A DNA stretch of 64,000 bases from Malacoraja senta. Its lineage: Eukaryota. The translations under genes and the position numbers were made by a program. Below, one piece after another: positions 50,601-60,811 of the stretch; the first letter of the stretch is position 1, and every line of letters begins with the position of its first letter. The stretch covers positions 33,108,001 to 33,172,000 of the forward strand of contig CM075986.1 in the NCBI GenBank assembly GCA_038087875.1, read 5' to 3'. The notes under the pieces are model-generated. The model worked only from the letters and a program-made list of their open reading frames with translations. It made no database searches and was not told where the DNA came from.

Positions 50601-53060
50601 AGCAATGGAAGGAAATGCCGTGCCTTTCATTGACTTGGCCTAAGCGGAGCATATACACGGAGAAGAGAATGGGGCCAAGGATGGAACCTTGTGGAACCCC
50701 ACAGCAGAGATTAGCTGGGGACGAGAAAGAGTTGCCTATGTTAGTCGAGAAACTCCTACCTTTGAGTTAGGAGATGAACCAGCTCAGGGCAGTGCCATCA
50801 ATACCAACCCCGTACTGGAGACGGTCAATTAGGATGGTGTGGTCGAGAGTATCAAATGCTGCGCTGAGGTCAAGAAGGAGCAGAATTGCACAGTCGCCGG
50901 AGTCAACGGTGAGCAGTAGGTCATTGTGTACCTTCAACAAGGCAGACTCTGTGCCACGGTGAGCCCTGAAACCTGATTGGAAAGTTTCCAAGATAGTGTT
51001 TTGGTGAAGGTAAGGTATAAGTTGACTTAAAATTACCTTTTCAAGGGCTTTTGAGAGCAAAGGCAGTTTAGAAATGGGTCTGTAGTTGCTCGGCAAGGTG
51101 GGGTCGAGGTTATTTTTTTTCAGGAGTGGTTGAATGCCACCGCATGCTTGAAGCAGGTAGGTACAGTGCCAGTGGCCAGAGAGCTGTTGAAGATGACGAG
51201 AGATGCTGGGACCAGCTGTTGTAATGACGTCCTTTAGGAGGGCAGAGGGGACAGTGTCGAGGGGGCAGGTAGTAGGTTTCATGGTGGTGATCAGTTTTAC
51301 AAGGGAGGGTAGAGTAACGGGTTGTAAACAGTCTAATTTTGAAGAGCACACCAATGAGACGGCCAGGTCACGGGTGGGAGGGGAAATATTCATTCTTATG
51401 TTCTTTACCTTGCTGGTGAAGAATGTGGTAAATTCCTGGCACTTAGCAGGGGACCCAGTTAGGCTGGTGCTGGTGGCAGGACAGATGATGGAGGTGATGG
51501 TGCTAAAGAGGACCTTGGAATTTTGCGCGTTTTTTGGAGATACGGTTGGAAAAATATTTAGTTCTTGCAGATTTTACTGCTTCCTGGTATTTGTGAAGAT
51601 TATTTTTCAGGAGTTCAAAGGAAATTTGAAGCTTATCAGATTTGTACTTCCGTTCTGATTTTCTGCATTCTCTTCTTAGGGCTCTGGTGGTATCATTGAG
51701 CCACGGCCAGCCTTTAGGCTTAGGCTTTTTCATTTTAAGAGGAGCAACAGAATCCAGGACGGAAGAGCAGGTATTATTGAATAAAGAAATTAGGTCGTCG
51801 GTACTGAGATGGGGGGTGGACGCCTCAATAGTGCAGATGTCGGGGGCGGCTGTGAGAGCCTCAAAGAACTTACTGGCCGTCGTGGAGTTAACGTAGCGGG
51901 AGTAGCGTGCAGGGAGATGGGATTTTGAGGGAGAGAAAGGCAGAGATATATCAAATATAATAGCACCATGATCAGACAGGCAGGCATCAATAATATCTGT
52001 GTTACGAGTTGGGAGACCAGACGAAAGCACTAGGTCTAGTGTATGGCCAAGCTTGTGCGTGGGTCCAGTGGTGAGTAGAGACAGATTGAAGGACTCAATC
52101 AGGTTCATAAATTCAATCACAAGAGGCTTCGTGGGACAGCAAACATGAATGTTAAAGTCACCAAGAATCAGGACCTGGTCAAATTTGGGCAACAAGCTAG
52201 CAATAAGATCACCAAATTGTGAGATAAAGTCCTTATGCATCTTTGGTGGGCGATACACAAGAACAATTAAAAGCGGACAGATTAGACCAACTATGATTAG
52301 TTGATGTTCAAAACTGGAGACGTGATCAGTGTTCAGAAGGCGGCAGTTGAAATCCTTCTTAAACACAGTGGCTAGGCCCCCACCGTGACCTGAGAACCTG
52401 GGCGAGCTGAAAAAGTGACAGGTATCAGGGCAGAGTTCCACGAGTGGAGCAAGCTCACCAGGATTAAGCCAGGTTTCAGTGATAAGTAGGAAGTCCAATC
52501 CACGTGCGGTGAAGAAGTCATTGAGGACGAAGGTTTTATTCAGCACTGATCTCGCATTGATCAGGGCCACTTTTGCAGGGACTGCAGGTGAGTTGAGGGC
52601 CGGTAGCGGCTCCCACGCCAGCGGTCGGGGGTTCAGGGAGACCATGCCGCTGTGCTTCACACAGGGCCTGGCTGGGAGCTCGCGTGCCGACAGACCGGGG
52701 ACCGGGAGGATCGACCGGAGAGAAACATACCTGGGCTCGAGGGGCCGCCGGTGGATGGAGCGGTAGGGCCGACCAGGTCCGTCCTCAGAGCGCTGGGCGA
52801 GGTAAGCAGATGTTAAACGGGCGCGGGCGAGTTTCTATGATGATGCAGTGTCCGTATACTCATCGAGGCTTGTGGTTGCTTCCCTGAACACATTCCAACC
52901 CGTGCAGTCAAAGCAGGATTGCATGTTCTCAATGCCCTCGCTTGTCCACCTTTTTGTTGTTCTGACCACAGGCTTAGCAGCTTTTAGTTTCTGCCTGTAG
53001 GTCGGAATCAGGTGAACTATGCAATGTATACACTGTAAATGACTCATTTGTAATCGTGTG
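47625..53060 (-). mobile_element. Rex1/Babar-like LINE split by an L2-like LINE (about 49642-52836)
   Basis: Rex1-like RT ORFs 47637-48856; its frame stops at about 49640 (YVIFCEDS) and resumes at about 52840 (SLDEYTDT); the insert encodes APE (51503-52660) and RT fragments (50767-51393, 49815-50510) with a (CAAGT)n tail. Confidence 0.75.
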
Positions 53061-53672
53061 TTGTCTTTCCGCTGACTGGTTAGCATGCAACAAAAGCTTT
53101 TCACTGTACCTCGGTACACGTGACAATAAACTGAATTAACTAGATAGGAGGAATTATTTTTTACTTGTGTACAGTGCTCCCTGGGTTACAAATGATCTCC
53201 CTGATTTATGGAAATCCAACTTCATACAAAGAACAGGGTCTAAAAGTTAGAGGCAGCCATGCTGCACGGAAGAGGTTCATGGCGTCTGAAGAAGGGTCTC
53301 GACCCAAAACCTCACCCATTCCTTCTCTCCAGAGATGCTGCCTGTCCCGCTGAGTTACTCCAGCTTTCCGTGTCTATCAGAGGCTCATGGAAGTTTGGAA
53401 TTGCCTTCCACAGTTGGCGTTTGGTTCCAGGTCTGAAGGTGATTTTAAATCTGAGATTGCAGAGTTTGACTATACGAGATGTTAATGGATGTGGGGGGAA
53501 AGTCAGCTCAGTGGAGCTGGTGGTAGATCTCCACAATATCATTGAACGGTGGAACTGACCCAAGCCTCCTGTGTTCCTGTCCTCCTGTTGTCTTCATTTT
53601 CTTCACACGAAGTTGATCTTCACAAAACATCTGCGGTAAACTAACTGTCTCACCTTCTCATTTGTCCTGAAG

Positions 53673-53812
53673 CCGACACAGACTTGACAGGAGAGGAAGG
53701 GAAGGAGGAACCGGGGGAATTGGATGGAGATGAAAATGTGTTCGCAGTTGCTGCCTTCGCCACCCTGTTCATTATCAGTTTCCTCTACAGTACCTTCGTC
53801 ACCGTTGTCAAG
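53673..53812 (+). CDS. IgW: IgW transmembrane exon TM1
   Basis: Phase-1 acceptor; acidic spacer DTDLTGEEGKEEPGELDGDEN then VFAVAAFATLFIISFLYSTFVTVVK (Ig TM CART-type F..F LYST.VT motif); donor AAG|GTAAC at 53813. Confidence 0.9.
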
Positions 53813-54094
53813 GTAACGATGACCAATGACAGAGATACTTTGTGACCCTCCACACTATGACCGTCCATTCCTCACTACACTGTGTTCTCTGACTGTCCAA
53901 TCCTCACCACACCACGGCCCACAGATGATGCAGTCTGGGACCCTGCACATCCCCCTAGTCTTTGAACCTTTCCTCTTTACTCCTGTCCTCTGGGCCTTGA
54001 TACAGCAAACATTCATAGAACGCTGGGTATTTGGGGCAATGACCCTGGGCTCAAACAAGGAAATCAAACAAACGTTGCATTCATGTCAAATGTT

Positions 54095-54390
54095 GGGCGG
54101 CACGGTGGCGCAGCGATAGAGCTGCTGCCTTACACCGGCAGAGACCCGGGTTCTATGCTGACTACGGGTGCTGTCTGTACGGAGTTTGTACGTTCTCCCC
54201 GTGACCTGCGTGAGTTTTCTCCGACATCTTCAGTTTCCTCCCAAACTCCAAAAATGTACAGGTTTGCAGGTTAATTGGCTTGATGTAAATGTAAAAAATT
54301 GTCCCTAGTGAGGGTAGGGTAGTGTTAATGTGCGGGGATCGCTGGTTGGCACAGTCTCGGTGGGCTGAAGGGCCTGTTTCCATGCTCTAT
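54095..54390 (+). mobile_element. tRNA-derived SINE (HE1-like elasmobranch type)
   Basis: GGGCGGCACGGTGGCGCAGCG head, CCGGGTTC B-box-like motif, CR1-like tail GGGCTGAAGGGCCTGTTTCC. Family name from recollection. Confidence 0.65.
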
Positions 54391-55634
54391 TACTAAACTA
54401 CAACTAACAGGGTACTCAGTATCTGAAACCTGAGCCCAAGTACGGAACCTCTCTTCAGCCCACAACTGGTATTCAGACTGTGTATCCCTTAGAGTTGACC
54501 TGGGCCACTAATGAAAGACCACCTGTCGATAAGGCTCCAATAGACAATTAGTGCAGGAGTAGGCCATTCAGCCCTTCGAGTTACACCGCCATTCAATGTG
54601 ATTATGGCTGATCATCCACAATCAGTACGCCGTTCCTGCCTTCTTCCCATTTCCCTTGACTCCGCTATCTTTAAGAGCTCTATCTAACTCTCTCTTGAAA
54701 GCATCCAGTGCACCTCCACTGCCTTCTGAGGCAGAGAATTCCACAGATTCACAACTCTCTGGGTGAAATTGTTTTTCCTCATCTCAGTTCTAAATAGCCT
54801 ACCCCTTATTCTTAAACTGTGGGCCCTGGTTCTGGACTCCCCCAACATCGGGAACATGTTTCCTGCCTCTAGCGTGTCCAATCCCTTAATAATCTTATAT
54901 GTTCCAATAAGATACCCTCTCATCCTTCTAAATTCCAGAGTATACAAGCCCAGCCCCTCCATTCTCTCAGCATATGACAGTCCCGCCATCCCAGGAATTA
55001 GAAACATAGAAACATAGAAAATAGGTGCAGGAGGAGGCCATTCAGCCCTTCGAGCCAGCACCGCCATTCATTGTGATCATGGCTGATCCTCCGCAATTAA
55101 CCCGTGCCTGCCTTCTCCCCATTTCCTTGACTCCACTAGCCCCTAGAGCTCTATCTAACTCTCTTAAATCCATCCAGTGATTTGGCCTCCACTGCCCTCT
55201 GTGGCAGGGAAATCCACAAATTCACAACTCTCTGGGTGAAAAAGTTTTTTCTCACCTCAGTCTCACCTCACCTCACCTAAATGGCCTCCTCTTTAGAAAC
55301 ATAGAAACATAGAAACATAGAAAGTAGGTGCGAGAGTAGACCACCAGGTCCATCGAGCCCGCACCGCCATTCGCTCATGGCTGAACACCAAACAGACACC
55401 CCTACCCACAAACAGTAGACACAAGACACAGAACACAAGACGCTACCCTCCCCTTTATACCGCTATCACCCCTCTCCACCCCAACAACCGCGTGATCTCC
55501 TGGGGGAGGCAAAAAAACGGATAAAAACCCAGGTCCAATTCGGGAAAAAAATCCGGGAAATTCCTCTCCGACCCCAATCCAGGCGATCGACACTTGTCCA
55601 GGAGATCACTCAGGTCTTACTATACTAACCCTAC

Positions 55635-58595
55635 CTAGGTCCATATCCCTGCCCTCTCCCCGTAGCCCCTTATCCCCTTGGCAGCTAAAAAAACATCTAT
55701 TTTAGACTTAAATATATTTAATGTTTCTGCTTCCACTGCTCCCTGGGGCAGTGAATTCCATAAATTAACCACCCTCTGGGTGAAGAAGTTCTTCCTCATC
55801 TCAGTTTTAAAAGAGCCCCCCCTTATTCTGCAACTATGTCCCCTAGTTCTAGTTTCCCCGATCATTGGGAACATCCTCGGTGCATCCACCCGATCAAGGC
55901 CCCTCACGATCTTATATGTTTCAATGAGATCGCCTCTCATTCTTCTAAACTCCAAAGAGTAGAGTTCCAGCCTACTTAACCTTTCCTCATATGTCAATCC
56001 CCTCATTGCAGGAATTAATCTTGTAAACCTTCGCTGCACTGCCTCCAGGGCCAGTACATCCTTCCTTAAGTATGGACCCCAGAACTGTACACAGTATTCC
56101 AAATGTGGTCTCACTAATACTGTGTACAGCTGCAGCAAGACCTCCGTGTTTTTATACTCAATCCCCCTAGCAATAAAGGCCAAAACTCCATTGGCCTTCC
56201 TGATAGCTTGCTGCACCTGCATACTAACTTTTAGTGATTCATGTACTACTACCCCTAGATCCCTTTGCGTTGCATTACAACGCAGCTCCTCCTCATTTAG
56301 AAAATAACTTGCCCTATCATTTTTTTTCCCAAAGTGAATGACTTCACATTTATTAGTATTAAATTTCATCTGCCAAGTTGTTGCCCACTCACCTAGCTTA
56401 TCTATATCCTTTTGCAGACTCTTCCTATCCTCCTCATCCCCTACTTTTCTTCCCATTTTTGTATCGTCCGCAAATTTTGATATATTACACTTGGTTCCCT
56501 CCTCCAAATCATTTATATAAATTGTAAACAACTGGGGTCCCAGCACCGACCCTTGCGGAACCCCGCTAGTTACCGGTTGCCATCCCGAATATGAACCATT
56601 TATCCCCACTCTCTGCTTCCTATTTGTTAGCCAATCCTCTACCCATGCTAATATATTACCCCCAATCCCATAATTTTTTATTTTTAGCAATAGTCTCTTA
56701 TGTGGCACCTTGTCAAAAGCCTTTTGGAAGTCCAAGTATACCACATCCACCGGTTCCCCTTTATCCACCCGGGTTGTTACTTCCTCAAAGAATTCGAGCA
56801 GATTCGTTAAACAGGACTTCCCCTTCACAAAACCATGCTGGTTCTGTCCGATGAAGTCATGTCCATCCAAGTGCCCCGTTAGTGTTTCTTTAATAATTGT
56901 CTCTAACATTTTACCCACCACCGATGTTAGACTAACCGGTCTATAGTTACCCGCCTTCTGTTTACTTCCTTTTTTAAATATAGGTGTTACATTGGCCATT
57001 TTCCAATCCACTGGGACCGTTCCTGCCTCCAGGGAGTTTTGGAAAATTATCACCAATGCATCCACAATCCCCACTGCTATCTCCCTCAAGACCCTTGGAT
57101 GTAATCCATCAGGCCCAGGGGATTTATCCTCCTTTAGTCTCATTAATTTCCCTAATACCACCTCCTTGGTGATCTTAATATTATTTAGCTCTTCCATTCC
57201 TACCGCCCCCTGTTTATCCAGCGTTGGAATATTTTTTGTGTCTTCTATGGTGAAGACTGATACAAAATACTCGTTTAATGCCTTTGCCATTTCCATGTTC
57301 CCCACCAACAACTCTCCAGTCTCACCCTCCAATGGACCAACATTCACCTTAGCCACCCTTTTTCTTTTTATATAGCTATAAAAACTCTTACTATTAGTTT
57401 TTATGTTGTTCGCTAAATTCCTTTCATAGTCTATTTTCCCCGTCTTAATTAATCTCTTAGTTATTTTTTGCTGACCTTTAAATGCTTCCCAATCCTCTAC
57501 CCTCCCACTATCTCTGGCTACCTTATATGCCCTTGCCTTCAGCCGAATACTATCCTTTATAGTTTTACTGAGCCATGGCTGACTGTTCTTACCCTTACCC
57601 CTTTTTTTCTTCATAGGAATAAATTTTTCTTGAAGGTTATACAGTAGATCCTTAAACGTACACCACTGCTCATGTACCGTCTTATTCTTGAGTCTGCTAT
57701 CCCAGTCAACTTTGATCAGCTCAGTCCTCATACCTTCATAATCCCCCTTATTTAGACTAAGTACCCTAGCCTGAGTTTCAACCTGCTCCCCTTCTATTTG
57801 AATATGGAATTCGACCATATTGTGGTCACTTGTTCCCAACGAGTCCCTAACTATGACATTTTTAATTAATCCTGCTTCATTACACAGGACCAGATCCAAG
57901 ATTGCCTCCCCCCTTGTCGGTTCTGTGACATACTGTTCTAGGAACCCGTCTCTAATACATTCTATAAACTCTTCCTCTAGTCTACCCTGCCCAGTTTGGT
58001 TTGCCCAATTAATATGAAAATTGAAGTCCCCCATGATTACAGCAGTTCCCTTTTTACATGCGTCAACTATTTGCAGATTTATGTTCTGACTAACAGCGTC
58101 ACAGCTATTTGGAGGTCTATAAATTACACCCACTAGTGTTTTTTTCCCCTTGTTATTCTCTATCTGTACCCAAGCTGTTTCACTATCCTGATCCTTCAAC
58201 GCAATATCCTTCCTCTCTATTGCCGTTATTCCCTCCCTTATTAAAAGGGCCACCCCTCCTCCCTTTCTTTCCTGTCTATCTTTTCTAATTGTCGAGTACC
58301 CCTCTATATTTAACTCCCAGTCCTGATCCCCTTGCAGCCATGTCTCCGTAATGGCCACGATATCATAACTATATATACTTAATTGCACCGTTAATTCATT
58401 TATCTTATTTCGAATACTCCGTGCATTTAGATACAGCACTTTCAGATGATTTTTACTACCCTTCCTTTCTGTTTTTGCCTCTTTTACATCTAGAGCTTTA
58501 TCTTCACACATTCTGGATCCTCCTGTCACATTTTGATTTTCCGTTTCCCCACTGATACCCTGCTCTATTTCCTCTACCCCTGCCGTTATTACCAC
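55635..58595 (-). CDS. CR1 ORF2: APE endonuclease plus reverse transcriptase (986 aa)
   Basis: LYLNARS, ITETW, YRPP, GDFN, SDH, LDFQKAFDKV, QGSVLGP, FADD; no stops. Confidence 0.92.
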   Translation of the reverse strand: MVITAGVEEIEQGISGETENQNVTGGSRMCEDKALDVKEAKTERKGSKNHLKVLYLNARSIRNKINELTVQLSIYSYDIVAITETWLQGDQDWELNIEGYSTIRKDRQERKGGGVALLIREGITAIERKDIALKDQDSETAWVQIENNKGKKTLVGVIYRPPNSCDAVSQNINLQIVDACKKGTAVIMGDFNFHINWANQTGQGRLEEEFIECIRDGFLEQYVTEPTRGEAILDLVLCNEAGLIKNVIVRDSLGTSDHNMVEFHIQIEGEQVETQARVLSLNKGDYEGMRTELIKVDWDSRLKNKTVHEQWCTFKDLLYNLQEKFIPMKKKRGKGKNSQPWLSKTIKDSIRLKARAYKVARDSGRVEDWEAFKGQQKITKRLIKTGKIDYERNLANNIKTNSKSFYSYIKRKRVAKVNVGPLEGETGELLVGNMEMAKALNEYFVSVFTIEDTKNIPTLDKQGAVGMEELNNIKITKEVVLGKLMRLKEDKSPGPDGLHPRVLREIAVGIVDALVIIFQNSLEAGTVPVDWKMANVTPIFKKGSKQKAGNYRPVSLTSVVGKMLETIIKETLTGHLDGHDFIGQNQHGFVKGKSCLTNLLEFFEEVTTRVDKGEPVDVVYLDFQKAFDKVPHKRLLLKIKNYGIGGNILAWVEDWLTNRKQRVGINGSYSGWQPVTSGVPQGSVLGPQLFTIYINDLEEGTKCNISKFADDTKMGRKVGDEEDRKSLQKDIDKLGEWATTWQMKFNTNKCEVIHFGKKNDRASYFLNEEELRCNATQRDLGVVVHESLKVSMQVQQAIRKANGVLAFIARGIEYKNTEVLLQLYTVLVRPHLEYCVQFWGPYLRKDVLALEAVQRRFTRLIPAMRGLTYEERLSRLELYSLEFRRMRGDLIETYKIVRGLDRVDAPRMFPMIGETRTRGHSCRIRGGSFKTEMRKNFFTQRVVNLWNSLPQGAVEAETLNIFKSKIDVFLAAKGIRGYGERAGIWT

Positions 58596-58618
58596 CCTTG
58601 ATATCTCCCCCCCGCTAC

Positions 58619-59581
58619 TTAGTTTAAAGACCTCTCTACTGCCCTAGTTATATGATTTGCCAGGACCCCAGTCCCAGCACCGTTCAGGTGAACTCCGTCC
58701 TTACAGAACAGATCCCCCCTGTCCCAGTACTGGTGCCAGTGGCCCAAGAAACCAAACCCATTTTTCCCACACCAGTCTTTGAGCCACGCATTCAGCTTTT
58801 TAATTTTACGTACTCTCGCCGATTTGGCCCGTGGCTCAGGTAGCAATCCGGAGATCAGTACCCTCGAGGTTCTGCTTTTTAATTTATTCCCTAACTGCTC
58901 AAACTCCTTCAGCAGATCCTCCTTCCTCGTCCTTCCTATGTCATTGGTCCCCACATGGACCACGACCACTGGATCCTCCCCTTCCCTCTGCAAATTTCTC
59001 TCCAGCATCGCAGAGATATCCTTAACCCTAGCACCGGGTAGGCAACACAGCCTTCGGGACATGTTCTGCTGGCCGCAGAGAACCTTATCTACCCCCCGAA
59101 TAATACTATCCCCTATCACAATGGCATTTCTTCTAACTCCCCCCTCTTGAATGTCCCCCTGATCCACGGTGCTGCAGCCAGGTTGCTCATCCCTCCCACA
59201 GCCCCTGGTCCCGTCCTCACATTGAGTAAGAGCCTCGGTCATGCTCGTCAGGAACAAGGGCTGTGGCTCCTGCCGCATCTCCTCCTGGTTCCCCCTACCT
59301 GCCTCGCTTATGGCCACACCTTCCTTTCCTTGCTCACTCACTACTGAATTAGTTAAACTGGTCGGTGTGACCATCCCCTGGCACAAAACATCCAGGTAAT
59401 ACTCCCCCTCCCTGATGTACCGCAGCGTATGAAGTTGGATCTCCAGCTCCTCAATGCGGAGCTCGAGTTCCGCTAGCCTCAAACACTTACTGCAGCCGTA
59501 GGGATCATCCACACCATCTACATCAATGGTGTCGACAAATTCCCACATCTCACAGTATTGGCACATCTCCTGGCCGCCCAT
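58619..59581 (-). CDS. CR1 ORF1: CxxC..CxxC zinc-finger/leucine zipper plus SGNH esterase-like domain (320 aa)
   Basis: CQYC...CSKC, LELRIEELEIQL, IGDSII, HVGTNDI, DGVHLN motifs. Confidence 0.88.
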   Translation of the reverse strand: MGGQEMCQYCEMWEFVDTIDVDGVDDPYGCSKCLRLAELELRIEELEIQLHTLRYIREGEYYLDVLCQGMVTPTSLTNSVVSEQGKEGVAISEAGRGNQEEMRQEPQPLFLTSMTEALTQCEDGTRGCGRDEQPGCSTVDQGDIQEGGVRRNAIVIGDSIIRGVDKVLCGQQNMSRRLCCLPGARVKDISAMLERNLQREGEDPVVVVHVGTNDIGRTRKEDLLKEFEQLGNKLKSRTSRVLISGLLPEPRAKSARVRKIKKLNAWLKDWCGKNGFGFLGHWHQYWDRGDLFCKDGVHLNGAGTGVLANHITRAVERSLN

Positions 59582-59891
59582 CTTATATAAGTAAATAACT
59601 GGTCCTATTTAAGAATCCCCTACCCGGTTTACTATATTGATACACCCCTAAATCTACAGCAGTTCTGAATAAAGTCTGCCTGTGCTTGGCTTCTACTTTT
59701 CAACTGTTTTTCCCCCCTCTGACTCACTTCTCTCCTCCCACTCGGGCTAGAGCCAATCAGTCGTATCTCTTGCTAATCTCCTGCTGCTGTTGCTCCCAAA
59801 TCTACAGCAGTTCTAAGACTGTGGCCCCTGGTTCTGGACTCGCCCAACATTGGGAACATTTTTCCTGCATCTTGCTTGTCCAGTCCTTTTA

Positions 59892-60811
59892 TCTATGTTA
59901 CTAAAAATCTGACCTTGACCACTTTCTGTTATTCTGTATATTGATTTTAGAAAAAACGCTGCCACTTACGGATGTGATTTTTGGCCCTCTTACTCAGAGT
60001 CCCCCTCTGCTGAGCAGGACAAGAGGATTTTTTCCATCGATGAAAAATAAAAGAGTTAACAGTGTTTAAAAAATATTGAGATTCTCTCTCCTGATGGACA
60101 CGCCCCTTCCGGAGGGACTATAAAACCCAAATGTTGAGTGCTTCAGTCAGTCTCTACAAGATGGGGGAGCGAGGGGGTCACGTCTCTCAGTCTGAGCTGT
60201 GAATAACACTGAACACATGTCTACTAAACTGAGTGGTTTTACTGACCTGTCAGTGCCCTTAATGTGGTTTGAAAATATAGTTTGGAAATGCTAAAGCTGT
60301 GTTGCCTTTGGTTTGGAAATGCTAACGCTGTGTTGTCTTTGGTTTGGAAATGCTAAAGCTGTGTTGCCTTTGGTTTGGAAATGCTAAAGCTGTGTTGCCT
60401 AATTAAAGTTGCCTTGCCTAATTAAAGTTGCCTTGCCTAATTAAAGTTGCCTTGCCTAATTAAAGTTGGCTTGCCTAATTAAAGTTGCCTTGCCTTCTAT
60501 ATAATTAAAAGTCTAATCTTGACCACTTCCTGTTTGCGCTTTATATTGATTTTAGAAAAAAACGCTACCACGTACAGCTGTGCTTGTTGGCCATCTTACC
60601 CAGAGTCGCTCTCCGCTCATCAGGTGCCGAGTATTTATTCCCATCGATGAAACATAAAAGAGTTATTAGTGTTTTAAAAATGTTAAGATTCTCTCTCCTA
60701 TCAATCACATCATGAAGGCCACGCCCCTTCTGGTGGGAGGGGGAGGGGCTATAAAACCCAGAAGTGTGGGCGTGGCTCAGTCTCTGTAAGATGGAGGAGG
60801 GAGAGGTCACG
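59892..60811 (+). mobile_element. Second, 3'-truncated copy of the same Helitron family
   Basis: Colinear with 40848-41695, including A|TCTAT.TTACTAAAA start and (CTAATTAAAGTTGCCTTGC)n-type repeat. Confidence 0.75.

Larger units (their letters stand above)
55296..59810 (-). mobile_element. Apparently full-length CR1 LINE with two intact ORFs, inserted in an older CR1 fragment
   Basis: (TTTCTATG)n tail at about 55296-55323; host CR1 sequence ...CTCTTTA|TTCTAAGACTGTGG... split at both ends. Confidence 0.9.
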
